A stretch of 64,000 nt of DNA from Carcharhinus amblyrhynchos (lineage: Eukaryota). The DNA is taken from positions 43,462,001 through 43,526,000 of the forward strand of contig OZ336881.1 in assembly GCA_965287045.1 (NCBI GenBank), written 5' to 3'. A program made the position numbers and the translations under genes. Below the pieces are notes generated by a model, which ran no database searches, had not been told where the DNA came from, and saw nothing but the letters and a program-made list of their open reading frames with translations. Positions 24,573-35,362 of the stretch are shown here, piece by piece (positions within the stretch are counted from its first letter, which is position 1; each line of letters begins with the position of its first letter).

Positions 24573-24792
24573 GGGGCAGTATTCTTACCACACCATCAGA
24601 AGGTTGTCGGTTCAGTCCTACTTTAGAGACTTGACCACATAGCCTCAATATTCAGTGCATGACAGAGGGTATGCTGCACGATTTGAGGTGCCACCTTTCA
24701 GATTAGATGCTAAACTGTGGCCCTATCTTTTCTCTGAAGTAATGGTAATTGATCCCATGGCACTACTTGACAAGCTGACGAGTCCTCCTCAG
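24573..24792 (+). mobile_element. DeuSINE (SacSINE1-like) 5' half
   Basis: tcagaaggttgtcggttcagtcc head; Deu-domain-like ctttcagattagatgctaaactgtggccc..gatcccatggcacta. Confidence 0.65.
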
Positions 24793-24794
24793 TA

Positions 24795-24897
24795 ATGAAA
24801 ACAAAATACTGCAGCTGTTGGAGACCTGAAATAAAAACAGAAGATGCTGGAAAATCTCAGCAGGTCTGGCATCATCTGTGGAGAGTGAAAAGTTAAC
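24795..24897 (-). mobile_element. Inverted arm of second Penelope-type repeat
   Basis: Reverse complement of the 14398-14470 and 26867-26935 sequence. Confidence 0.7.
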
Positions 24898-24950
24898 AGG
24901 TGAAATCTTACCAAAAATTAGCCGAGCGCTGGTCCCAAAGTGAAAAACAT

Positions 24951-25087
24951 AGGCTGGAATGTTACAGCTTTTCGCACCAAAGGGATTTTCTTATCTTACT
25001 GCAGTGAACGGAGATTTGGCTGACAGCCGAATTCTCCAACCTCGATGTAGCGAGAGTGTGGTGTGAACGGCTGGTAAGATCGCGCCT
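24951..25087. mobile_element. Short MITE nested in the Harbinger element
   Basis: TIRs aggctggaatgttac / gtaagatcgcgcct; homologous to 58036-58170. Confidence 0.65.
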
Positions 25088-25293
25088 GGAGTGTTTCCCG
25101 TCCGTGGCGCTGGCATGATTTCAGACTGAATCATATGCCTCATTAGTGGTAATTTTTATGCCCACGAGAATCATACTGCACCTGTGGCATGTTCCATCTG
25201 ATTTGCTTGCCCCACAATGACTTAACTGCTGTAATCACTGGGGTGCACCAAATAAATGGCTTCCCAGCACTTGATGAACAACAACTGAAGGAA

Positions 25294-25885
25294 ATGGCAG
25301 CCAAGAAATCAGCATTGCACTTTTTGGAGGGCTCCTTATCAGAATGCTGGTTGGAGTGGAGCTGAGGCAGGACACACTCTACCCCCAGTCCAAGAGAAGG
25401 CTGGGACAGCAGCAGCACCTCCGCTGGGATACAGTGGCAGCCCTGTCAGTGCAAGCACACTCCATAGCAGGATGGGACAGCAGCGTAGGAAGAAGATGAA
25501 TGATCATCTTCGCTCAATTAGGATAAATGAATCACCCCCAGTCTCCCACTGGATCCTCTCATACACCCCTCCCACCCCTAACCCTTTCTCTCACTCAGCC
25601 ACCTCGGCCTTTGCCAACACCAGGCACCAGCTTCCCTCCCACAATCACCAGTGTTCCCTCAGTAGCTGTTCTGCTCCTCACAGTCTAGTTCACACCCAAG
25701 CCCCACGCCTGCCACACTCATCACCATCTTCAATGTCAACACTCCACCTACACGCTTCCTGCCTGTGTCATTGCAGGACAAACTCACCCACAACAAGTGT
25801 GAGCAAGCACATTCAGCTCAGAACCCTCATGCTATGTGAGAAGAGAGAACTTGAGCTGGCTGGGGAGGGGGAAGAGTGTGCCTGT
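25294..25885 (+). pseudogene. Harbinger Myb/SANT-like DNA-binding protein (NAIF1-like), two exon remnants
   Basis: MAAKKSALHF..RMLVGVELRQDTLYPQ..WDTVAA..SRMGQQRRKKMNDHLR, then a pyrimidine-rich intron ending ttgcag and DKLTHNKCEQ..ELELAGEGEECACADGEVG. Confidence 0.7.
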
Positions 25886-26771
25886 GCTGATGGTGAAGTG
25901 GGAGATCAGATGAACGTGAGATTCCTCAACACACATTCTATCATTCCTCAAGTCTCAAGTGAGGATTCAATGTTCTCTCTGTATCCCCTGTAATGCATTG
26001 ATACCATCTCCCATCTCTTGCAAAACAATCAGCCAGGTCACCAAGTCAGATCATCCTCATGCTCCCTTGACTCACTGCACTCCAGTAGCTCAGAGAGAGA
26101 CTTCTCCAACTCCACCATTGAAGAGGCATCACAACTCACACCTTGGTGGGTTCACTAAGTAGGTAGGCTTCTGGGTCACTCACTGGTGAGCACCTCATAG
26201 CTGAAGATTCACAACAGGGGGAGACAGCAGTGATGTCCCAGAGAACCATATTCAGAGGGATGCTGGAGCTCAGGGACCTGCTGAGTCCCAGGCCGATGAT
26301 GTTCCCCTGGGTCCGGTTATCCCAGAGCTGCTGAAGCTCCAATAGCAGAGTCGCGAGTATCAGGAAGTGATTACAGCATCCCTCCTCAGATTGTAAGACC
26401 AATTTGAGGAGTCCTATCACCTCCTATTCAAGGAGAGAGTGCCATCATTGCAGTGCAATGAGGCCAACACTATGAGGGTGACGTCTGCAGTGCCAAGAGG
26501 GAGGGGCCTGACTGGAGGTGGGAGTCACGAAGAGGAGATCATGACTGGGAGGCTATGATGGAGGGCTATGAAGGGGGGGGGGGGGGGTCATGCCTAAGGG
26601 TCATGCATGGTGGGGGGGGGGGGTAGGGGAGGGAGGCGCATGAAGGGTATCATGATGGGTGAACATGTTAGGGGTCAGGCAAGTGGAACGATTGGGAGGG
26701 CCCCAATGCCCCAGTGCCAGTGACTTGTGTTGGGGAGGGAGTAGGGGAACTTGCTGCCAGTGAACGAGGGG

Positions 26772-26830
26772 GGTTGGTGGTGGTAGTGGTGGTGGTGGTG
26801 GTGGTAGTGGTGGCGGTGGTGGGTGGGGGG
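26772..26830 (+). repeat. (GGT)n microsatellite
   Basis: ggtggtggtagtggtggtggtggtggtggtagtggtggcggtggt. Confidence 0.9.
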
Positions 26831-26866
26831 GTAGGTCCCAATGTCTATAGGGGGGAAATTCTGCCT

Positions 26867-26935
26867 GTTAACTCTGTCTCTCGCTCCACTGATGCTGCCA
26901 GACTGGCTGAGGTTTTCCAACGCTTTCTGCTTTTA
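26867..26935 (+). mobile_element. Forward arm of second Penelope-type repeat
   Basis: gttaactctgtctctcgctccactgatgctgccagactggctgaggttttcc. Confidence 0.7.
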
Positions 26936-26937
26936 GT

Positions 26938-27168
26938 TGAGTTTTCCCCAGAGTCCTGGGCTGTATTTATCCTTCAACAACCATCTCTAAAAACAGCTTT
27001 TCTGCTCATTTATCTTGTAGCTGTTTGTGGTATCACTTTGGTGCAGAATTGATGGGCATGTTTTCTATATTACAGCCTATCTGCTCTCCCAAAGTACTTA
27101 ATTGGTTGTAAAGTGCTTTTGGAGCACCGAGGTTATGAAATACACTGTAGAAATTCTAGTTCTTTCTT
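26938..27168 (+). mobile_element. DeuSINE (SacSINE1-like) 3' half
   Basis: gtcctgggctgtatttatccttcaac..gctgtttgtgg..aaagtacttaattggttgtaaagtgcttt..ttctttct continues the 24573-24792 element. Confidence 0.65.
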
Positions 27169-27419
27169 TAATATATGACAATTACAGTTACTGTGTGTCA
27201 GCATCTCCTGATGGAAACCCACATTTATACTGCCCTCTGTACACCAAGCGAGGTCACCTCAGTGTGCATTGAAATGCTCCTGTGTGCACATGTGGAGTTT
27301 TCACTGATGTCAGTGGCAATTGTTGTGGCCAATAAAACAGATGCTTCAGATGCTTAAGGACTTGAATGGACTGGGGGGTGGGGGGTGGCGGGTGGTGTCA
27401 GGGGTGCAGTGGGAGATGC

Positions 27420-27915
27420 AGAGGAGTAGACGAGTTTCACCAGGATGTTACATGGGATGGAACAATTAAGTTATAAAGAGAGATTGGATCGGCTTGGCTT
27501 GTTGTCTCTGGAGCAGAGAAGGCTGAAGGAGTGATCTGATTGAGGTGTTCAAGATTCTGAGGGGCGTGGACAGGGTGGATAGGGAACAGCTGCTCCCCTC
27601 AGTTGAAGGGTCAGTTATGAGGGGACATAAGTTAAAAGTGAAGAGCAGGAGGTTTGGGGGGGGATTTGAGGAAAAGCTTTTTTACCCAGAGGGTGGTGAT
27701 GGTCTGAAATGTGCTGCCTGGGAGGGTGGTGGAGGCGGGTTGCCTCACATCCTTTAAAAAGTACCTGGATGAGCACTTGGCACGCCATGAGATTCAAGGC
27801 TATGGGCCAAGTGCTGACAAGTGGGATTAGGTGGGCAGGTCAGGGCCTTTCATGCATTGATGCAGACACAATGGGCTGAAGGGCCTCTTCTGCACTGCAG
27901 CATTCTATGATTCTG
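27420..27915 (+). mobile_element. CR1 (HER1-like) 3' end whose tail is shared with the HE1-type SINEs
   Basis: FKILRGVDRVDREQL peptide; tail gggcctcttctgcactgcagcattctatgattct. Confidence 0.9.
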
Positions 27916-27983
27916 TCTAATTAGAAAGAGTAAAAAGTCTGACAACACCAGATTTTAGTCCAACCGATTTATTTGATAATAGA

Positions 27984-28021
27984 CTCACAAGCTTTCGAGG
28001 TTTCCCTCTTCGTCAGGTGAA
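27984..28021 (-). ncRNA. Minimal type I hammerhead ribozyme motif
   Basis: Minus strand UUCAC-CUGACGA-A-GAGG(GAAA)CCUC-GAAA-GC-UU-GUGAG. Confidence 0.75.
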
Positions 28022-28150
28022 TGGAGAGTTCTGGCCTCAGACAGAGCATATAAAGCACAGACAGTTTAGAGATTACTGATTAGAATGTGAATCTTTACAC
28101 CTAACCTGCTGTTCAAGACCTGAAGTGGCCGACAATGTGAGTGGAAGGAG

Positions 28151-28390
28151 CTACGACAACGGATGAATGAACATCGCTCGACAATCACCAGGCAAGACTG
28201 TTCCCTTCCTGTTGGCGAACACTTCAGTGGTCACGGGCATTCAGCCTCTGACCTTCGGGTAAGCATTCTCCAAGGTGGCCTTCACAACACACGACAGCGC
28301 AGAGTCGCTGAACAGAGACTGATAGCCAAGTTCCACACACATGAGGACGGTCTCAACAGGGATCTTGGGTTCATGTCGCGCTATCTGTAA
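28151..28390 (+). pseudogene. C-terminus of Penelope GIY-YIG endonuclease
   Basis: LRQRMNEHRSTI..LPVGEHFSGHGHS..RRVAEQRLIAKFHTHEDGLN, carrying the R..EH, HF..H, E..I and GLN motifs. Confidence 0.85.
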
Positions 28391-28603
28391 CCCCCGTGAC
28401 TTGCCTGGGTTTGCAAAACCTCACTTACTGTACTGTCTGGAGACAATACACATCTCTTTAAACTGTGATCAGTGCTCCTTCCACTCACATTATCAGCCAC
28501 TTCAGGTCTTGAACAGCAGGTTAGGTGTAAGGATTCGCATTCTAATCAGTAATCTCTAAACTGTCTGTGCTTTATATGCTCTGTCTGAGGCCAGAACTCT
28601 CCA

Positions 28604-28642
28604 TTCACCTGACGAAGAGGGAGTCCCTCGAAAGCTTGTGAG
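28604..28642 (+). ncRNA. Minimal type I hammerhead ribozyme motif
   Basis: UUCAC-CUGACGA-A-GAGGG(AGU)CCCUC-GAAA-GC-UU-GUGAG. Confidence 0.75.
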
Positions 28643-29572
28643 TCTATTATCAAATAAATCGGTTGGACTAAAACCTGGTGTTGTCAGACTTTTTACTGTG
28701 TTTACCCCCGTCCAACGCCGGCATACCCACATCATAATTAGAAAGAGGCAGATAGCATTTTAATTCTGTGTGTCATACCTAGAAGAGGGAGTGGCTTTAT
28801 ACAAAACCAGGAGAACTTTGCTCACTGCTTTCATCAATATTCAGAGAGCTTTTGGTTTAGCCTTGGGCCTGATTTTAAGTCCATGGATGTGAATGGGTTT
28901 GATGTCAGTTAAAATCTTACCCAGTTCTTCATGAGCCACTTATGAAGAAATTTGAAGGTAAGGTTATGCACAAAGCCGATCAAAAAGTTTGGGAGTTCAC
29001 CTGCATGCCATCTTTGAATGAGAGTGAACAGATTGACATGTGATTCTTCTCCACTGCTGTCTTTATCATGAGGGTCTTAATGACAAGCAGAGGTATTGCA
29101 GGTAGGCAGGAGTTAACAGGTCAGTTACAAACAGGCCACTGAATTCAATTCTAAATTTGAACTTGCCATTGAGAAAGCAAAATTTCAGCTCCTGCCTAAT
29201 TAAGTCAGTTGCCCACATGCCCATCACATTGCCCACTCTTACAGACCCCATAAAGATCCCTCTCATAGAAACCTGCCATTTGGACCCAACTAATTGGTCT
29301 GTCTGTGTTTACCTTCCACAAAAGCAAGTAGTTCTAATTGCTGCAAAGTGTTGCTAAAAGCTTTTTGACGTGTACTCATCAGGATATACATAAGAATGCC
29401 AACATGTCTCTATTCTCAGCAATATACAAGTGACCATTCTAAATGCATTCAACAATCCTTTTCCCGTATTCCCTTTTTTTCCTTCATCCATCCATCCATC
29501 CATCCAATCTGATCTTGAATATTGAATTTTTTTTGCCTGAGCAACCAATCCTAGGAGTGAATTGAACAGCCC

Positions 29573-29763
29573 TCCCCATCACAGTGTGATTCACTGCAAT
29601 GGGAAGCAGTGCATTGCTCACCAGCACCCATAAGTTACGATCCTATTCTTGTCAATGGGGTTTCCCATTGAACACGCCCCTTTCCACTGGGAAACCTGCA
29701 GCGGGGTGTACTGTTGTCAGGGCCATAAGATCCTGCCAGTGTAGAAACCAGCAAGATTTCCGC
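29573..29763. mobile_element. MITE of about 190 bp
   Basis: Body (tcaatggggtttcccattg..ccactgggaaacc..aagatcctgcc) related to 39261-39456 and, inverted, to 63805-63993. Confidence 0.5.
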
Positions 29764-30202
29764 AATTGCGTGAATGAGATTCTCTTGCCCTCTAATTTAA
29801 ATCTCAATCAGATATTTGTATGTGATCCCTCATGCACTGGAAATACTCTGCCCCTGCCTATACTCTCCCATTCATTCTAACTTCAAACACATCTTTATTG
29901 CATCAACTTATATAACTTGCGCTGTCCTGACAACACAGATTTGCAATTGAGTCTGCTTACTTGTATTTGTGAGAGATTGAAATCAACTTTTCCCCTGATG
30001 CAAGCAAATGGAGTTCAGCGAGGCAGCTTCAAAATGAATGAACAACTTTGAGGTAAATTTATTTTTTATTTGGAGGATTGTGTAATTCTTTTGTGATCTG
30101 ATATGTTCTGAATCCCCTATTTAGCAACCTGAGTGAAGGAGCAGAACAGCAGATGTTAAAAAGAAGAAAAATAGTATTTGAACAGTTTGGTTTGGTTTTT
30201 TT

Positions 30203-30500
30203 TAAGTTTATTTATTAGTGTCACAAGAAGGCTTTCATTAACGCTGCAGCGAAGTTACTGTGAAAATCCCCTAGTCACCACACTCCGGCGCCTGTTGAGT
30301 ACACTGAGGGAGAAGTTAGCATGACCAATGCACCCAACCAGCACGTCTTTCAGACTGTGGGAGGAAACGGGGGCACCCGGAGGAAACTCACACAGACACA
30401 GGGAGAACGTGCAGACTCCGCACAGACAGCAACCCAAGCCAGGAATTGAGCCCAAGTCCTTGGCGCTGTGAGGCCATAGTGCTAACCAGTGTGCCATCCT
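30203..30500 (-). mobile_element. V-SINE, short-tail subfamily, near full length
   Basis: Antisense head, V-domain and tail tttattagtgtcacaag..gttactgtgaaaatcccc. Confidence 0.9.
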
Positions 30501-31299
30501 GTGTGATATATATTGGTAGCAGTCAAGTATCTGAGCAATCCAAACTGAAGAGGTGCCTGGGGTATTTCTTCTGGTTTCAGGTTAAGTGCCCACGCCGGAG
30601 GAAAAAGAAAGTGCTTCCTGCTGGCACGGGCAGCATCTGTCAGGCGGGATTCATGCAAATAAAGTTATCTCGGGGAAGCCCCTTGCCTGCTGCACTATTG
30701 TGAGATTGGGGTGCCGTTTTTAAAGGGTGTCCTAATCTTCATGCTTGGAGACCGATTCCTTTCCTCCACACAATATGAAATGGTGTCCCTCCCATTGACT
30801 AGGAGAGCACCACCAACCTCTCAGCAAAGGGGGACATCCTTTCTCTCTCTGCAAAAATAAATTGAATGTATCATTTGTAGCCAGGTGCTCAACTTAAAAG
30901 TCATTCATATGACAATTCTGACTGACAGTTTTGAGGGACCAGTTGCTGTTTTGTCAAGTAGGAGAAAAGAATGGCTTTTGGATTAAGGGCCAAGTGGATG
31001 GCTGGTGAAGATACGGTGAACCCATGCTTGAGGAAAAAGAGTTGGTGAAGAGAAAAAAGGCCTCAGAATAACTAAAGGATATACTGCAATGGAAAGCCTG
31101 TTAAATTATACTCAAAAGATTGAGCTAAGGGACTTTGTTTGAAAGGACCCTGGAGGATGCACCCTGGTGAAGCAAGAAGAAGGCACCCTGTTAGAGCCAG
31201 TAAGAGCTTTGAAGTTTAACCCCACACTGCATGTCCACAGAGAGTGCATTGGCTCATTTAAATCTGTTTCGTGAGCTCCGGATGCTTGGCTCTCTGACC

Positions 31300-31761
31300 T
31301 CACTGGTGGAGGTTCCTACCAGTGGGGATCATAGCTGGTTCCCATCTGTGATGTGATAGCTTCCTCAGTGGGACTGGAGGTCATTGAGGCCCCTTGGGAG
31401 ATCCGGGGTGAGGGGTAAGCGCTCCTTGGGAAATGCCAGCCTGGCACTGCCAGCTGGGCAGTCCCCACTGGGCACAGGGCAGTGCCAGGGGATGGGCCAG
31501 ATGGGGCAGAGCCAGATTTGTTGGGGAGTTAGGATAGGGAGGAAGCAGGGACTCAGCATCCGGGGCTGGGGGCCAGTGGTGGGGCCGATGTTCAGGAGGC
31601 CGGCGATCGGGCGGATCGAGGCCAGCGATTGGGAAGCTGCCACTGCCAATCATAGGGTGGGGGAGATGTGATTGGGTAAGGGTGGGTGCTCAGGAGGCTG
31701 GGGAAACCTCCTGTTTTCTCACCTGTTGGACACTTTGAATTTTTTTTTGGGAAGATCGCCC
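31300..31761. mobile_element. Right part of Harbinger-type non-autonomous element (left part probably about 30560-30780)
   Basis: Ends tttttttgggaagatcgccc, an inverted match to the 9799 end gggtgggattttcccaaaaaa. Confidence 0.55.
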
Positions 31762-32364
31762 CTGTATCGCTAAAATTACCTTTGTTCATCTCCTCAAATG
31801 TGGAAGATGCTCTTGCGTGTGACACTTCTCCTCACACCTGCAGTGATTTTGAAAAGTTTGCTCTGAGGAATCAGTGCAATTTATAGCATAAAAGGATGTC
31901 AAGTAACCCACTGAATCCAGAGTTGCTCTGAAAGAGCATTCCATTTAGTCGATCATGCTTTTCCTGTACCCTTTCAAATGTGCTTTATCAAATATTTATC
32001 TACTTATCTTTTGAAAATGAAACCAAGTCCTAGAAACCTACCATGTAAAATACATTTCCAGCTTCCGCAGAAGAACTTGCGAAGAAAACAATATTCTGTT
32101 TGGATTATAGAGAGTACTATTATGTTAGATATTTGACACTATGGACATGCTCTGGATCATGAAATGAAGAAGCCACTTGAGGGGGTGATTAGCAATGTTG
32201 AACCTGAGGTTGCACCAAAAAATTGTAACATTATCCTTTTTAAAACATTCACCATGGTGGTCTGTTTCCTGTGTACTCTTACTACCCAGTGATAATTGTT
32301 CCCTTATTATAGACATCAGTGCTTCACAAATCTTGTCATAGTACCACCTACCATCAAGTCACAT

Positions 32365-32612
32365 TCTGCACGTTCTCCCTGTTTTTGTGTGGGTTTCCCC
32401 TGGGTGTTCCGGTTTCCTCCCGCAATCCAAAGATGTGCAGGTTGGATGGATTGCCCCTTAGTGTCACAAGATCTGTCGGTTAGGGGGGATTAGCTGGATA
32501 AATGTGTGTTGGTTATGAGGATAGGGTAGAGGGCTGAGTAAGGATGAGATGCTCTGTCAGAGAGCCAGTGCAGACTTGATGGGCCAAATGACCTCCTTCT
32601 GCACTGTAGGGA
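32365..32612 (+). mobile_element. HE1-type V-SINE lacking its head
   Basis: V-domain and tail gatgggccaaatgacctccttctgcactgtaggg. Confidence 0.85.
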
Positions 32613-33909
32613 CTTTATTTGTTCATTTTTTTTCTTTAAAAGTTCTAATAGTCTCTGCCTCAACTGTTGCCTGTGAAGAGTATTCAATGCTTCAACAAAA
32701 TTCTCCTAATGTCTATCCTCAATTGTATGGCCACAATTTGAAATGAAACCCTGTCACTGACTCCTCAAGCAGAGGTGATTCTCTATTCCAATTCATTGTA
32801 TTAAAACCCTTCAAGCAGGAATTGCTTTGGCGTTTCTCCCACTCTGCAGCTGGAATTTCAGAAAGATGCTTGCTTATGACGTAAACAGGGATTGTGCTGA
32901 AGTTAGACTGTCAAAACTTGGAGCCCTTGAGGATATTCCTGGTTTTCTTCATGTTAAAGTCTGCAATAAACCTCATCTGAACCTGCTCTGCACCAAGTAA
33001 ATTAGTCCCACTATCTCTAAACTCTAGTTTACCTATCTCTCTCATCATTCTGATGAAATCATATCCTGCATGATCTATGGCTTTAACGTCTTTTCTACAA
33101 TGGGCTGCACATCACTATCCAAACTATTTCAACTGTGGCCTAATCAATGTTTGTACAAATTTATTGCTACCTCTGTACTTCAATCTTCGACTTTCCTATT
33201 TAGAAAAGCTCAAAGTGCTGGCTTTCTTACAGTTTCATCGACTGGCTTTTATATTTTCAGGCAGTATGGGAAAATGAATTGTTTAACCCATTCTACTTGG
33301 AGCACAACCACCTATCTCATTTATATCACAGTTGCATGTTTTGGCCATGTCTTTTGGTTTGAGGATTTTGGAAGAAGCAGTCATTTCACTCCTATTCACA
33401 TTTTATAAGCTTATTAACATTGATAAGCTCACTACATTACTGTATGAATTTCTTGTTTTATTTTAGGTTTGAACTATGTTTCTCACTTGCTTCCTATTTG
33501 TCATTCTAACCACCTTATGAACTTATTTCTGCATATTTCTATCTTCATTTCTGTGAATCCTCAACCCCTCTCCTTTCAGGAGTTACAGAGGTCTATAAGG
33601 CACTGATAGGGAAATAAAATGGATTACACTTTCATTTAATGTTCTAGAGTGTTTTTGAGAAGGAAATTATTCAGGTGAGAAGCAATGGATTGATGGGCAT
33701 TAGTGATCATTGAGGTAGAGTTACTGTAATGGAAAGCATGGATTTTATGCAGCCTCTATATTGGGCCCAAAAGGTTAGGACTATTTGTATATGACCAATT
33801 CTGGATTTTGATAAACGTTCTGCCAATTCATGATTAACGATTGATTCTTGCTGGCCCTAAGTTGCCTAGAACCATTTCTTGCTCCTCCGCGTCTTTCTCC
33901 TTTGACAAA

Positions 33910-35362
33910 CGGCTAATGTTACTCCGTTGTTTAAGAAGGGTGCCAGGCAAAAGGCAGGGAATTATACGCCGGTTAGCTTAACGTCTGTTGTAGGTAAAAT
34001 GTTAGAATCCGTCATCAAGGAAGAAATAGCGAGGCATCTTGAGGGGAATTGCTTGATAGAGCAGACGCAGCACGGTTTTGTTAAAGGGAAGCTGTGTCTG
34101 ACAAATTTACTGGAGTTCTATGAGGATGTGTCTAGGGCGGTGGATAGAGGAGAGCCGGTGGATGTGGTCTTCCTTGATTTTCAGAAGGCGTTTGACAAGG
34201 TACCTCACAAGAGGTTATTGCAGAAGGTCAGGGGGCATGGAGTTGGGGGTAGGGTGTTAGCGTGGATAGAGGATTGGTTGTCAAATAGGAGGCAGAGAGT
34301 GGGGGTCAATGGGTGCTATTTGGATTGGCGGATGGTGACTAGTGGAGTGCCCCAGGGGTCGGTGCTGGGGCCTCAGCTATTTACCATTTATATAGATGAC
34401 CTGGAGGAGGGAACCGAGTGTATGGTGTCAAAATTTGCTGATGACACCAAGATTGGTGGAACGGCAAATTGTGCGGAGGGTGTGGAGAGTCTGCAGAAGG
34501 ATCTAGATAGGCTGGGCGAATGGGCCAGGAACTAGCAAATGGAATTTAATGTTGGCAAGTGCGAGGTGGTCCACTTTGGTAGGAATAATGGTAGGAAGAA
34601 TTATTACTTACGTGGCAAAAAACTGCAGCAGGCGACGGTGCAGAGGGACCTCGGGGTCCTTGTGCATGAGTTGCAAAAACCCAGCTTGCAGGTGCAGCAG
34701 GTGGTCAGGAAGGCAAATGGGATGCTGGCCTTCATAGCGAGGGGGATTGAATATAAAAGTAGGGAGGTCTTGCTGCAGCTGTATAGGGCATTGGTGAGGC
34801 CGCAGCTGGAGTGCTGTGTGCAGTTTTGGGCGCCGTACGTACGCAAGGATATTTTGGCCTTGGAGGGAGTGCAGAGGAGGTTTACTGGGCTGATGCCGGA
34901 GTTGAGGGGGTTGAGCTATGAGGAGAGGCTGAATAAACTAGGCTTGTACTCGTTAGAGTTTAGAAGAATGAGGGGAGATCTCATTGAGATGTATAAGATG
35001 ATGAATGGGATGGATAGGATAGAGGTGGAGAGACTCTTCCTGCTCAGAAAGGATAGTAGGACTAGGGGGCACAGCCTCAAGATAAAGGGGGGGCGGTTTA
35101 GAACGGAGTTGAGGAGGAACTTCTTCACTCAAAGGGTGGTGAATCTCTGGAATTCTCTGCCCATTGAGGTGGTGGAGGCTACCTCGCTAAATATTTTTAA
35201 GACGCGGGTTGATGGGTTTTTGATAAGAGAGGGGATTAAGGGTTATGGGGAGAGGGCGGGAATGTGGAACTGAGCCATGACAGATCAGCCATGATCTTAT
35301 TGAATGGCGGGGCAGGCTTGAAGGGCTAGATGGCCTACTCCTGCTCCTATTTCTTATGTTCT
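33910..35362 (+). mobile_element. Young 5'-truncated CR1; RT frame broken by a single TAG at 34533-34535
   Basis: In-frame ORFs 33927-34535 and 34539-35273 with [25 protein letters not shown]; intact 3' tail. Confidence 0.97.

Larger units (their letters stand above)
24898..26866 (+). mobile_element. Harbinger element carrying a decayed Myb/SANT-like ORF
   Basis: Ends aggtgaaat / attctgcct; internal Myb-like ORF remnant. Confidence 0.65.
27931..28734 (+). mobile_element. 5'-truncated Penelope-like element with inverted terminal-repeat copy and 13 bp TSD
   Basis: Inverted arms 27929-28151 and 28474-28697; TSD taattagaaagag at 27918-27930 and 28735-28747. Confidence 0.92.

Noticed and set aside
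26675-27052. Poly-His and poly-Val ORFs
   Set aside because: Products of the (GGT)n microsatellite.
34604-35128. Antisense ORFs recurring at 17086, 34604, 34916, 43928, 44210 and 54459
   Set aside because: Shadows of the CR1 RT frame; recurrence reflects copy identity, not selection.
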